Positions 1 to 14,416 of a stretch of 64,000 nucleotides of DNA are shown here, piece after piece (the stretch's first letter is position 1; each line of letters begins with the position of its first letter). This stretch comes from the human T2T-CHM13v2.0 reference genome, Homo sapiens. The notes beneath the pieces are model-generated. The model did no database searches and had not been told where the DNA came from. It saw nothing but the letters and a program-made list of their open reading frames with translations. Made by a program: the position numbers and the translations under genes. The stretch is taken from assembly GCF_009914755.1 (NCBI RefSeq), contig NC_060925.1. One strand, written 5' to 3'.

Positions 1-3000
1 GCTGTTTTAGTTACTACAACTCTGTAGTATAATTTGAAGTCAGGTAATGTTATTCCTTCAGTTTTGTTTTTATTGCTTAGGATAGCTTTAGCTATTTTGG
101 GTACCTTTAGCTTTTGTGGTACCATAAAAATTTTAGGATTGTTTTTCTCTATTACTGTGAAGAATGTCCCTGGTATTTTCATAGTGATTTCTTGAATCTG
201 TAGATTGCCTTGGGTAGTATGGACATTATAACAATATTGATCCTTCCAGTCCATGATCATGAAATATCTTTTTTTTTTTTGGTGTCCTCTTCAACTTCTA
301 TTTTTAGTGTTTTACTCTTTTTCTTATAGAGATCTTTGACTTCTTTGGTTAATATCTAATTATTTATTTTTATCTGTGGTTACTGTAAATGGGATTACCT
401 TTAGGATTTTTTTCAGATTGTTTGCTGTCAACATATACAAGTGCTACTGGTTTTTTATGTTGATATTATATCTTGCACCCTTACTGGACTTATCAGTTCT
501 AATAGTTTTCTGGTGATTACCTTACGTTTATCGAAAAAAACTTATACCATCTGCAAACAAAGATAATTTGGCTTCTTTCGTTTCAATTTGGATACCTTTA
601 TATCCCTCTCTTGTCTAACTGCTGTAGCCAGGACTTCCAGTATTATGTTGAATAACAGTGGTGAAGTGGGTATCCTTGTCATGTTCCAGTACTTTGAGGA
701 AATTATTTCAGACTTTCTCCATTCAGTATGATAGTAGCTGTGTGTCTGTCAAATGCAGCTTTGATTATGTTTGGGTGTGTTCCTTCTATCTTCAGTTTTC
801 TTTAGTGTTTTATCATGAAGGATTTTGAATTTTATCAAATGCCTTTTTGGAATCAATTGAAATAATCATGTGGTTTATATCCTTCATTGTGTTGGTATGA
901 TGTATTACATTGATTGAGTTGTGTATGTTGAGCCATCTTTGCATCTCAAGGATAAATCCCATTTGGTCATGTTGAATGATCTTTCTAGTATGCTGTTAAA
1001 TTTGTTGCTATTCTTTTGTTGAGAATTTTTACAATTACATTTGTCAGAGATATTGACCTGTAGTATTCTTTTTTTAATGTGTCTTTGTCTGATTTTCTTT
1101 TCAGGGTAATATTAGCCTCACATTGGAAGTATTTGCTCCTCCTCCTCCTCTATTTTTCAAAATAGTTAGAGTAGAATTGGTACTAGTTCTTCTTTAAATG
1201 TTAGGGAGAATTCAACAGTGAAGCCAATATGTCCTGAGCTTTTCTTTACTATGAAACTTTTTATTCTGGCTTTGATCTCATTACTTGTATTAATAATTGA
1301 TCTGTTCAGGTTTTGGATTTCTTTCTGCTTCAATCTTAGTAGGTTTTATGTGTCTAGGAATTTGTCCATTTCTTCTAGACTTTCCAATTTATTGGAATAT
1401 CATTCCACATAGTGGCTAATAATGATTCTTTGAATTTCTCCAGGATCAGAAGTAATGTTTCCTTTTCATTTCTGATTTTATTTATTTGAATTCTCACTCT
1501 TTTTCTCTTAGTCTGGATAAAGGTTGATCAGCATGTTTAGTATTTTAAAATAACAACTTATGTTTCATTGATCTTTGTATTTTATTCATTTCAATTTCAA
1601 GTTTATCTGCTGTGATATTTATTATTTATTTTCTTCTAATAATTTTGGATTTGGATTGCCCTTCCTTTTCTAGTTCATTAACATAAATCACCAAATTGTT
1701 TATTTGAAGTTTTTCCTTTCTTTTTTATGTAGTCACTTATAGCTATAAATTTTTCTCTTGGTACTAAAACTGCTATATCCCATAGGTTTTGTGTTTCCAT
1801 TATCATTTGTTTCACAAAATATTTTAATTTCTTCATTGATCCACTGTGCATTCAGGGGCATATTCTTTAATTTCCAGATTCTTTAATTTTTTGTTTCAAC
1901 TTACCATATGGATTGCAAATACTATCTTAAAACCAGAAAACATAACACTGTTTGCATAAACAAACAAGCCAAAGAAAACTCATAAATACTTTCCACCTTA
2001 ATTTTCCCTTCTGCTTTCAAACTTTTTGTTGTTTCTATTTTTATCTTATTGTACAGACTATGTCTTGAAAATCTGTAGTTATTATGTTTCATTAGTTCAT
2101 TATTTAGTCTTTCTACTTAGGATATTAGCTTACACAACCCAGTTGCAGTGTTTTAATATTCTGTATTTTTCTATGTACTTACTATTACCAGTGAGATTTG
2201 TGTCTTCAGGTGATTATTTATTGTTCATGAATTTCGTTTTTTGATTGAAATATTCCCTTTAGCATTTCTTGTAGGACAGGTCTGGCATAATAAAATTCCT
2301 CACCTTTTGCTCATCTGAGAATGTCTTTATTTCTTCTTTATGTTTAAGGGATATTTTCACCAGATATTCTACTCTAGGATAAACGTTATTTTTCTGTCAG
2401 CATGTGTCATATCACTCCTGTAAGGATTCCTCTAAAAAGCCTGCTACCAGATGTATTGGTGCTTCATTGTATGTTATTTATTTCTTTGTTCTTACTGATT
2501 TTAGAATAGTCTCTTTATCCTTGACCTTAGAGAATTTGATTATTAAATGAGTTGAGGTAGTCTTCTTTGGGTTAAATCTGCTTGGCATTCTATAACCTTC
2601 TTGTACTTGATATAGATCTCATTCTCTAGGTTTGGGAAGTTCTTTGTGATTATCCATTTGAATAAACTTTCTACTCCTATCTCGTTCTCTACTTCTTCCT
2701 TAAGGTGAATACTCTTAGATTTGCTTTTTGGAGGTTATTTTTTAGATCCTGTAGGCATACTTCATTGTTTTTAATTCTTTATTTTTTTGTCTCCTCTGAC
2801 TGTGTATTTTCACATAGCTTGTCTTCAAGCTCAACAATTCTTTCTTCTGCTTGATCTATTCTGCTATTAAAGAATAGCACGTGTAATATCTTCTTCAGTA
2901 TGTCAATTGCATGTTTCGGCTCCAGAATCTCTGCTTGATTTTTTAAAATTATTTCAATCTCTTTGTTCAATTTATCTGATAGAGTTCAGAATTCCTTCTC

Positions 3001-5290
3001 TGTGTTATCTTGATTTTCTTTGAGTTTCTTCAACAAAACTATTTTGAATTCGTTGTTTGAAAGGTGACATAACTCAGTTTCTCTAGGATTGTTCCCTGGT
3101 GCTTTGTTTAGTTCATTTGGTGAGGTCGGGTTTTCCTGGATGGCGTTAATGCTAGCAGATATTCTTCTGTGTCTGGGCACTGAAGAGTTAGGTATTTATT
3201 GTTTTCTTCACTGTCTGGGCTTAATTGTAACCATCCTTCTTGGCAAGATGTTCCACATGTTTGAAAGGACTTGGGTGTTGTGACCTAAGCTGTAACTTCT
3301 TTACAGGGTGTCAAAATCCCAGCAATGCAGTGGTTCTTGCAGACTTCTAGGGGTACTGTATTGATGGTCTTGCACATGATCTGAGAGAATTCAGGGTGAT
3401 GAGGGCCCCTGGACCAGGGTGGTTTCCAGGGGACCAGTTTCAAAAACCTTAGATGTCTGCTTGATGTTATATGGTACTGTATCTGGGCTGGCAGTCATAT
3501 TGCAAGTTAAAATGTTGTGGGGTGGGGTGGGGGGAGGGGGGAGGGATAGCATTTGGAGATATACCTAATGTTAAATGACGAGTTACTGGGTTCAGCACAC
3601 CAACATGGCACATGTATACATAGGTAACTAACCTGCACGTTGTGCACATGTACCCTAAACCTTAAAGTATAATAATAAAAAAAAATCCTCCTCACTGTTC
3701 CCTCCCCTTTCCAAAGTCAGAGGAGCCTCACCCTATGGTCTAACACCACTCCAGGCCATGAGGAGTACTGCCAGACAACTGCTGATGTTCCCTTAAGGTT
3801 TAGGTGCTCCTAAGTCAGTTTGTGGTGAATGCTGGCTAGCCTAGGATTCACCCTTCTGGGAACTGGGCTCCCATCTGGTCCATGGTATGTCCAAAAATGC
3901 CACCCACCAGTCAAGTCCAGGAACTGGGGACCCTGGGAGCCCAGGTGGTTCTCTATCCCCTGTGGCCATGCTGGTACCTGAAGCCAGCAAGTCTCAGAGG
4001 CTCACCTAAGGCCCTCAACATAGTATCTGGGTATCACTGCAGGTTATTGAGGGCCAAGGGCTCTTCAGTTAGGCTGGGTGAATGCTGCCAGGACTGCATC
4101 ATTTCCTTCAGGGCATTGGGTTCCCTTTTGGTTCAGGGTATGTCAAGAAATGTCATCTGGGAGCTAGGGCTTAAAGCAGGGGCCTCATTCCTTTGACAGT
4201 TGCCCTATCCTGCTTTGTCTGAGCTGATATCCAAGATGTAAGACAAAGTCTTCCCCGTTCTTCCCTCTCCTCTCCTCAAGCAGAAGGAAGGGGTTTCTTT
4301 TGGAGCTGTGAAATGTGAAGCCTGGGGTTAGGGGTTGGGTGATGCCAGCACGCTCTTTGCTGCCTCACCTGGTGCAGTTGGTGTCTCTGAATATTCTGTG
4401 TCTTCCCCCAGTCCATAGTCTCTGAGCCTAGTTCAGCACTAGGACTCACATACGTGTGCAGTCCTTATGTCCTAGACTGTCTTTCTAGTTTATTTGAGAC
4501 ACAATGCATGGTAGGTAGCCCTAGGTGGCAAGATTTGTGGGAACTTGATTTCAGACCCCTGCAGTCAGCAATACCGTCATGGCTAGCATTGGTTTAAATA
4601 CTCCCTCCATGGGAAGGGGTTAGCTGAGTTTGGTTTGGTTTTCCTTTCTGCTCTAATAGCACAGCATTTTGTTCAATGCCTCACAATTGCTATGTTCTCC
4701 CTCCCTCAGTGCCTAGAGCAAGGCTCTGTACACCATGGCACAGCTGCAAGTGTGGGGAGAGGGGAAAGGGTAGTGTCAGTGATTCAAGATTGTCTGACCT
4801 ATCTCTTACGTGCCACTTTCAGGGATATGAAGTTAAAACCATGTACTATGAGTGCTAATCTGATAATGTTTTCATTTTATGAAGGTGTTTTTTTTTTTTT
4901 TTTTCTGTGTACATAGTTGTTAACTTAGTATCTTTGAAGGGGAATGGTTGGTGTCTCCTATTCCACCATCTGGCTCTGCTCTGCCTAATTTGTGGAAACT
5001 CTTTATCATGAAGAAATGTCAAAGTTTCTCAAATGTTTTTAGTACTTCTATTAAAATGATCATATAGTTTTGTTCATTCTGTTATTGTGATATGTTACAT
5101 CTATTGGTTTGTGTATGTCTACCCATCTTTATTTTATGCATAGTTTGAAAAACAATACTACCAGTTTTTTATACTGTTTGGTTGAATTCAGCAGTGAAGA
5201 TAACAGGCGTTGGGCTTTTTTGATAGGTGAATTTTATTACTGATTTAATCAACTTACTCATTATTTGTTTGTTTTGATTTTCTATTTATT
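1..5290 (-). mobile_element. Old, fragmented LINE-1 (L1M/L1PB-type): ORF2, ORF1 and 5' UTR remnants, antisense, upstream of the pseudogene promoter
   Basis: T-rich antisense L1-like sequence; minus ORF 2779..2970 (SRIDQAEERIVELEDK) resembles the L1 ORF1 coiled coil; 1360-1390 matches the antisense ORF2 motif [11 protein letters not shown]. Probably several fragments; boundaries approximate. Confidence 0.8.
3516..3684 (+). mobile_element. 5'-truncated young L1PA 3' end with A-tail
   Basis: G-rich tract, then GATAGCATT...GCACATGTACCCTAAACCTTAAAGTATAATAATAAAAAAAAA, the L1PA 3' terminus. Confidence 0.9.
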
Positions 5291-5842
5291 CCTAATACAA
5301 TCTGTATTAGGAATTTTTATTTTAATTTGTATTTGTATTTTACAAGCTATTTTATTTTTAGCTTGTATTTGTATTTGTAGCTGTATTTGTATTTTAGCTT
5401 GCTTCTCCCTTAGATTCCCCCATGAGATGTACCTAAAGAAAACTTGGACCAAGTGAAAGACAAGGCATTATCTGGTAGCAGCTGCTGGTAGCAGCTGAGA
5501 TCACCAACAGTAGCTTTCCTTGCTTCTGGAAGTTTTCCTAAAAAACATCCACTGCAGTACAATGGATAATTAGTGGGGCATCACTAAGATTCCTGAACTT
5601 CGGAATTTTCTGGAAATAGCATTTTTGACCTTTGTTCCCTCAGTTCTTCCAATAGTTGTGGAAGCCTTTCGTTCCCTTTATTGATACTCTCTTTACTCAA
5701 AAAATGAGAGATAAAATAAATTAATGTTTTATATTACTTTTGGATTCAGTCCATTACTGTCCCTAAATAATATTTTACAAGTACATTTCAGGGAATCAAT
5801 TCCACAGATGGTTGTGAAACCACTAACTGGAATTATTGAAGC

Positions 5843-5886
5843 ATTTTGCAAAACTCTCTGAACTTTGATATTTACTAAGTGACCTT
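5843..5886 (+). promoter_or_regulatory. Hepatocyte motif cluster in the pseudogene promoter (C/EBP-like, HNF4-like, FOXA-like)
   Basis: TTTTGCAAAA, TGAACTTTG (5859-5867), TATTTAC (5869-5875), TGACCT; identical to the CFHR4 promoter copy. Motif match only. Confidence 0.5.
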
Positions 5887-6013
5887 AAAGGCCTAGCTTC
5901 GTGGTAGTTTCCTCAAATTCGGAATCACCCTTGGTAACTAATAATGAAAGATTTCAAACTCCAAACAGTACAACTGAAACTTTTGCATTACTATACTACT
6001 GAGAATATCTAAC

Positions 6014-6071
6014 ATGTTGTTACTAATTAATGTCATTCTCACCTTGTGGGTTTCCTATGCTAATGGACAAG
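6014..6071 (+). pseudogene. CFHR3/CFHR4-like pseudogene exon 1 (signal peptide MLLLINVILTLWVSYANGQ)
   Basis: ATG at 6014, 19 codons plus G, donor GTAAAT at 6072; near-identical to CFHR4 exon 1 with C15Y. Probably the annotated CFHR3-like pseudogene between CFHR1 and CFHR4. Confidence 0.92.
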
Positions 6072-7549
6072 GTAAATTGGAAGAGATCTAAACACTCAGC
6101 TCCCATCTTAAATGTAACTTCATGTAATATCTAGCTTCCTATGTCTCCATGTCTACAATTTTTTATGAACCAAAGAGGATTTATTCATTATGCTAGTAGA
6201 AATAGCATATTTTGTAAGACTATAACAGAAATTAATTTTATGAAATATTATCTCATTTTAACTTAAACAATGAATAATATTTTCTTTGTTTTATAAGTTC
6301 TACAGTGTAAAAGACATTTAATATTGATTATGGAGATATGTGAATATACTCATGAAACTTTAAGTAGGAAACATGTCACTAGACAGATTCTAACCTTAAA
6401 ATGTTCAGAAGTTTCTTATTTGTAATGCAAGGGGAGTGACTGATATTTTCATAATCTTACAGATGGTGATTTTTTATAGATTCATATACCAAAACATCAA
6501 ATAATACATTTTAAATTCTGCAGTTTCTTTTATTTCTATAATACCTTAAGAAAGCTGCTAAAATGAATTAACATTAATATGAACTTAATATTTCAACAAG
6601 ATTAGCAACATGTAAATCACAACATGTAAATCACAACATGAATATAATCAAAAAGTAGACTATATGCTTAACTTACTTTTGAATGACAGTAAATTTTGCA
6701 TTTCTGAGCTCACTAGCAAATGTTCAATAAATAAATACATAAATAATTATTTTTTATAGCTTTATGTTATTGTTCACTGATTTGTTTTCTCCTCAACAGT
6801 CATATATTTTCTATATTAACTATCTTTTTGAATGCAGGCCTTGCATATTAAAGAACTATATCGTAACATTAGCAGTGGAACCACATGGGTCAAAAATCAT
6901 GGACAATCAAGGGTTTGTGGCCATTAATGAAGAATATAAATTTTGTAATTATCCGAAACTTCATAATATTTCAACAAATGTAGTGGAGGGTAATACTGGA
7001 AATCCAATTATCAATTTATGAGAGTATCTTTTCCCTCAGCCTCTCTTCTCAAAGCTATGCCACTTTATTTGATTCTAGGTAAAGAGCTTTAGGTTTTACA
7101 GTGTTATCTATCACATGATTTGCTAGTTTTATTTGTTGTGCAAAATCAAACTTGATCTGTGCCAAAATGGAAAGAAAAGGAAATTCTCCTGTTATTTCCT
7201 TTGTTAACTGAACTGATACAGGTACATTTTTTTCAAATAAAGATTAAATAGATTAAAATAGAATGAAAAGAAGAAAAGTAGTACCATTTTGAAATGACTG
7301 GAATTAGAGAAGCATATGCACTATACTTTCTTACTTACTTTCTTAAAAGCACTATAAAAAAAGAATGATGACAAATTCTTCCTTATCTGATATTCCAGTT
7401 GAAAACTTGTCTCCTCCAATGAACTTTTTGTAAGAGTAAACTTGAGCAAAATGTCTTGTAAATTTAGGTCGCACCTATATTTCTCAAAGGAGAAAGTAAC
7501 TCATTGGGTTACTTTCAACGTCTTGGTTAGAGAGAAACATCTTTGTGTA

Positions 7550-7925
7550 TTCAGTAGCATTGGCTCAACTGCATCCCGCCAAAATTCATTTGTTAAAGTC
7601 CAAATTCCCAATACCTGAGAATGTGACTGCATTTGGAGAAGGAGTGCTTAAAGATGTAATTAAGTTAAAGGTCAATGATTCAGGTGGGTCCTACTCCAAT
7701 ATAACTGGTGTCTATATAAGAAAAGAAAATAAGAACACACCATATAGAGAAAGATCACGCAAGGCATAGAAAGAATACAACCATTTACAAGGCAAAGGAA
7801 GAGGTCTCAGAAGAATCCAATCCTGTTGACAGCTCTATCTCAAACTATTAGCCTCCAGAACTGTGAGAAAATAAATTTCTATGAAATCAGTGGTACTTTG
7901 TTATGGTAGCTCTAGCAGATGAATA
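7550..7925 (+). mobile_element. MLT1-type (ERVL-MaLR) solo LTR
   Basis: CCAAAATTCAT..GAATGTGACTGCATTTGGAG..GCCTCCAGAACTGTGAGAAAATAAATTTCT motifs; second copy at about 45475-45850. Confidence 0.75.
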
Positions 7926-8866
7926 CCATGATATTTACACAATTTATTAAAAGAACATTAATAACTAAAAATAACTTTTTACGTTTTACTCAAGAGTATA
8001 TATATATATATGTAGCCACCACACAGATTTTAGAGGCTATTCATCAGAATTTGGTAATTATATCTTGGGTGTATTTTCCTGCTGATTTTTGTCTTGTTGA
8101 ATACTTTATGTGTATATATATCTGTATTCATCTATATTCAGAATCTAGTAAATCAAATCTAAGAAAGATTTTTCATATCATTAATGAAGGACATACTTTG
8201 TGAATTGCTTATGCTAATAAAATTTTTTTAATGGTAGTTGATATTTCAGTTCTGAACAATAAAATCGGCACACCAATTCTTTTGGAAACCACACTATTTG
8301 AAAGACAAACTCGACAGAAAATTTGTAATTGTAACCTATTATAATGTTCATTGAATTTGTATTGGCCATTATTTCTTCCATTAAGTCATAAGTTATTTAT
8401 ACTTATTTAAAGATAGGTTATCAAGAGCATTATTTTTAATTATGAATATCCTTTCAGAATTGTATAAATTTCATATTCATCTACTAGAGTTGCCATAACA
8501 AAGTGTCAAGGGTGACAATTAACATTGTAGAGCAGGGTTGCTTCTAAATCCCTTTTAAACTGATCATTTTCAGTACCCAATGCATTACAGTTAATTGCCA
8601 TTGTACTTCTTTGGGACGCTCAAATTTGTTTCAAATCTCACTAAGAAGCTGGCTTTTGTGTATATTTCATGTGCCCCCATTAAGCTTTGGCATAACAAAA
8701 GGTCCCATGCTTTCCTTGACTTTTGCTACTACAGACTAACTTTCAATAATTTCTGTATGAAATTCCAGTGACTTTTAGTGGGAAAAACGATTTTTAGAAA
8801 CAAACCTAAACTATGAAAAACTCACTTCAGGTTTGAAATTATCGTTGACTAAGAAAAATAATATTT

Positions 8867-9180
<314 letters not shown>

Positions 9181-10615
9181 TTAATTAATGTCCCTTTCTT
9201 CCTCGGACTAAATATCCTGCAATCATAAGAAAATGTAAAAGTATCTCAGGAGGTTACACAGGGCACGGAAGTTTCGATTTTCCAATACGGAGGAGACAGC
9301 AGAAAACTGTGCAGCCATGCTTGAGGGGCTGGGTCAGACAAGCTGTCATGCGTCACCTAACAAGCCTCTAGGGCCAGTTCTGTAACTAGCAAACGCTTCC
9401 CTCAAAGTAAAGATGTCACGTCTATGAACTTAGTCTTCTCATCTGCACACTAAAGCTGTTGTGCCACTAGCTTCCTTCCCGTTCTCTCTGATTTATGATG
9501 ATTCAAACTTAAAGATTTTTCTTTAGTTATATTCTTAAGTTCTCATAACAAATAGAATGTAAATACTATTTTCTATCACTTGTTCCATAATTATAGAAGA
9601 AACATAAATTATATGCTATTTAAATTGTGGTGGTGTTCAACATTCTATAGGTATACATACCTATAGAATATAAGAATATATATATATTTGTACATTCGTC
9701 TATGCACCTATTTTTTATGTCAATAATATGTCTCATCTGATACATGAATTCTAACTATGGTAAGAATGCATGCCATCGCATACAAACAAAATGCCACAAA
9801 ACTAAACAAAATGTTTTATATCTGGAGATAATTTGCTACATTTCAGATTTTTTTATGCTACAGTCATATTTCTTGTCTCTCTTTTCCAAAACACAATCAT
9901 TGCTGATGTGTGCACCCTAAACTGACAGCTTGAGCTTAACTTGGTATAGTTGTAGATAAGTTCAGTTTAAATTAATGCTGATAAAACCTCCAGAATTGCT
10001 GAAGAGACCATACTATGTTAGTAGAAGTAGAGAAAGTGAAATGAGCTTCTTGTCCTGTTAGCTGACTTGAGTTCCATTAAAGATTTTAAGTGGAGAAATA
10101 AAATGACCAGATGAAAGGTCATTAATTTATACACAGGAAAATAGATTATAAAGATGAGAGGTCAGGATCAGGAAACTAGTTACGGTTGCTGTAATCTCAG
10201 AAGAATTTGGTTGAGGGACGATGATATCAAAGGTTATTGCCAGGGTTTTTTTATGCCTGTTGTGTTTATTTGTTTGTTTGTTTTGACAGAAAAAAATTGA
10301 GTGAAAGGGAATACCACAATTGCAGAAGTTCAGTTATTATTGAGAGAGGTAATGAGAATGATTGACATGAATTTCCCCCAAAAAATGTTCTGTCAATAAT
10401 TACTATATTACGAATAAATAGAGCATGGAATATTTTTACAGCTGACTCAGAGAAAATAGCTATTACAGCAAACCTATGTCTATATTGAAATTCATATATA
10501 CATTCAAAGAATATTACTCTATACCATTTATCTCAAGAGAACTAATCTTCAAAGCAAAAGAAATCAGCAACATGTTTTTAATTAAAATTTTAACTTCCTT
10601 CAAAAATGTCTTTTG

Positions 10616-10939
<324 letters not shown>

Positions 10940-12521
10940 TTAAGAACAGATAAATCATTCATGCGGCATTCAAGTCAAAAAAGAATTTTTTGTTGTTGGC
11001 AGATTTACCTAGTGGAAACAACATTTGTATTTAGCTTCTAAAGTAAATTAAGTGGAGGAAAATGAAGATTTTCATTAATAACCTTAATATTAATAGACAA
11101 TGGTGGTACTGAGGAGAACATCTATCTCTTTTAGGCTTCATGAGGAAATGATGTTTTTCAGTGTCGACAAATTAATTTCAGCTGTGTGGTTTGCCCACCA
11201 AATATCATGCCTGTAATAATATACTGTACTTAGCCTACCATATTTTAAAATGATTGGTTTCCAACTATCAAGGCATAGAAGAGAATATATAGATAGTTGA
11301 AGAGTTAAAGAAATTATAGCATAAGAAGCATGCAAAAAGATACAGTTATAGCATTATAATGACTGTCTTGAGATACTTGAAAACATTTATGAAGGGGAGC
11401 AAGTTAACTTTTGATGAGGACTGTCACAGTCAGTGAAGCAGGTAACAGTATTATCCAACATCGAATCAGAGGTCAAGTGATTTTCTAAAAGTGTGACCTA
11501 TACGGATATTGCCATATGTCGGGGGTGGGGGTAGAAGAGTTGATCTCTTCTGAGCCCTCCACGTTTTAAGTTGTATGATTCAAAATTATACATACAAACC
11601 TTGTTTTTATTACACTCTATTTTAAAAACTGCAGTTATCTTTTGAGTTGATTTTATAATTTATTTTTGTTTTAATTGCTAATGAGCTCAGAAGCAGTTCC
11701 TTGGAAAATATATTTCACTACACAATTCAGATATCTTCACTTGTAAGCACTGTTAAGAAAAATATGTTAGACAGAAGTTAATGAGGTTAAAGAGTCACCA
11801 CTTTCTTTCTCCAGGCTGCGTAGATGACATCTATGAAATGCGTTTGCCTTGCAGTTCCCTGTCAAATTTCTTCTATGTGGAGCCGCCTCTCTCAGCTCAA
11901 AACACACATTTCAGCTCTCCTGCTCTCTCCTACAGGAACACTGCTGTTCTGTGTAAAGAGGAGGTAGGGCCTTGTCTTTCACGCAAGCCTGGCTCAATTG
12001 GGCACCTCACCACTGGGGTTGCAGCCACCGCTAATCCCCCTAGAATGTCTGTCCTCTGGTGTGTCTGCACCAGTCTCCTTTGCGAGTGACCACAGCTATG
12101 TCCACAGAATTGGGTGCAGGGGAGATGTCCCCCTCTCTACATCTGTGCCCAAGCACTGGGGCCACCTGTCTCCTAGGATGGATCTATACTCCCTTGCAAG
12201 GCAAGCACGGTGCCTGTGTGCCTGCTGAAAGTGGTCTAGTCACTTTCAGCCCACAAGCAGGTTTCTCTTGCACACAGGAAAGTGGAATGAACAAAATTAG
12301 GAATCAACAAAAAAAGTTTATCATAATCTTAACTATTTGGATATTAAGAAATATTCCTAGTCTATTTCTGCGGTTTAATAAACACTGGAAATCTTGGCTC
12401 AGTGACTTGTTTGAGGCGTGAATTAGCTGTGTTATTTTTCTGTGCGGTATTATCAAAGAAAAATTTTTGTGTTCCTCAATATGTTTATATTGTCCAGTAA
12501 TTAGAAAAGAGCCTAGTGAAT

Positions 12522-12838
12522 TTATTTGTTTTCTATTTTTATTTTTATTTTTTGAGATGGAGCCTCGCTCTGTCACCCAGACTGGAGTGGAATGGCGCAA
12601 TCTCAATTCACTGCAAACTCTGCCTCCTGGGTTCAAGCGATTCTCCTGCCTCTGCCTCCTAAGTAGCTGGAATTACAAGGGCGCACCACCAGGCCCAGCT
12701 AATTTTTTTTGTATTTTTAGTAGAAACGGGTTTCATCATGTTGGCCAGGCTGGTCTCGAAGTCCTGACCTCAAGTGATCTGCCTGCCTCAACCTCCCAAA
12801 GAGCTGGGATTATAGGCATGAGCCACCGTGCGCAGCCC
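12522..12838 (-). mobile_element. AluS-like
   Basis: Antisense Alu dimer flanked by TGAATTTA on both sides. Confidence 0.92.
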
Positions 12839-13336
12839 ATGAATTTAATCCAAAACAATAAAAACCTTAAATCCCTCAAAATACTACCTCCTTACATTGA
12901 ATTTTTCTGAGAAGAAAATACAGGGCTCTGTTTACTGATGACAGTAGAAAAGAAAAAAAAAAGGAATACCTGAGCTAAGTGATAAAATTGACATATTTCT
13001 CAACCAAAAAGCTCATTTAATTAGCCAGAGGTAGGGTATATGTACTCAAGGGGAATACATTAAATAGGTTTGTACATTTTTCCTTCTAGAGAGCCTTCCT
13101 ACAAATTTATGCATCACGTGATCCACAAGACATAATCTCATCTTCATTAGCAAAGACCTTCTCGTCACATATCTTAGTCATCTGAGTTCTATCATTTGTT
13201 TTGACCTAGAAACCCTAATGGAATGTGTAATTATTCTAAGAAGAGAATATAATTCAGTGATAAAAAAATTTATCTCTAATATGATTATTTATTACAGTAA
13301 AAAGTATTCATACTTTTTTTTGTTTTTTATTGCAAG

Positions 13337-13531
13337 TGAAATCTTGTGATTTTCCAGACATTAAACATGGAGGTCTATATTATGAAAGTATGTGTAGACC
13401 ATACTTTCCAGTAGCTGTAGGAAAATCTTACTCCTATTACTGTGATGAATCTTTTGAGACTCCTTCAGGAAGTTACTAGGATTACATTTATTGCACACAA
13501 GATGGGTGGTCGCCAGCAGTACCATGTCTCA
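13337..13531 (+). pseudogene. Pseudogene exon 2: CFH-SCR6/CFHR3-SCR1-like, premature stop
   Basis: aag|TG AAA TCT TGT GAT...; [64 protein letters not shown]; TGG>TAG at 13477-13479; donor GTAAGT intact; 195 nt. Confidence 0.93.
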
Positions 13532-13964
13532 GTAAGTAAACCTCTGGACAGCCATATATGTATAAAACTTTCAAAGATTGAAGAGAGGAGAGCACATAAG
13601 TGATTACACTTGACTTATATAACAGAAATAGGGCCAAGAAAAGAGTTGTTCAAGCAAAATGACCAAAATAGATCTTTTCTATTATGAGTTCTTAAAAATC
13701 ACGAGAAATAAATATAGAGACTTTATGAGAATATCTATATAATTGATACATATTTTAATTATAAAAACTTAAGTAGTATTAAATATTGATATTTCTTTTT
13801 GTACAAACCTTTGTTAGTAATTTTAGTTCATATTCAGTTATACATTGTTTTTGGATGTTTATGCAATCTTATTTAAATATTTTAAAAATAATTGTAATAT
13901 ACTATTTTGAGCACATTTTTGTGTCTCATTTACTTTATTCATTTATCATTGTTATCGTCCTTAG

Positions 13965-14141
13965 GAAAACGTTATTTTCCTTATTTGGAAAATGGACATA
14001 ATGAAAATTACGGAAGAAAGTTTGTACAGGGTAACTCTGTAGAAGTTGCCTTCCTTCCTGGCTGTGGTCTTCCAAATGAGCAGACCACAGTTACATGTAT
14101 GGAGAATGGCTGGTCTCCTCCTTGCAGATGCATCCGTGTCA
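13965..14141 (+). pseudogene. Pseudogene exon 3: CFH-SCR7/CFHR3-SCR2-like, dead donor and lost cysteines
   Basis: [59 protein letters not shown]; Cys1>Arg, Cys2>Phe; donor is CTAAGT instead of GTAAGT; 177 nt. Confidence 0.93.
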
Positions 14142-14416
14142 CTAAGTACACTACTCTGAGATCCCAGCAAGTTCATGTCTTTCTAAGTAACACAGATGAC
14201 ATGCTAAGACTCATCTATATTAACTGCGGCAAAATATTTATGTCAACTTGCTTCGCCATCGGACCTATTTAGTTTTATTTTTTCAATTCTGTATAAACAA
14301 ATATACACATTTCTTGATAAGTTCATAGTAAAATAAATGCTCCTATTATTGGGCATTAGTCAAGAATACAGTAAAAGAGTTTGAAAACAATACTTGTTGG
14401 TTAAATTAAGACATAT

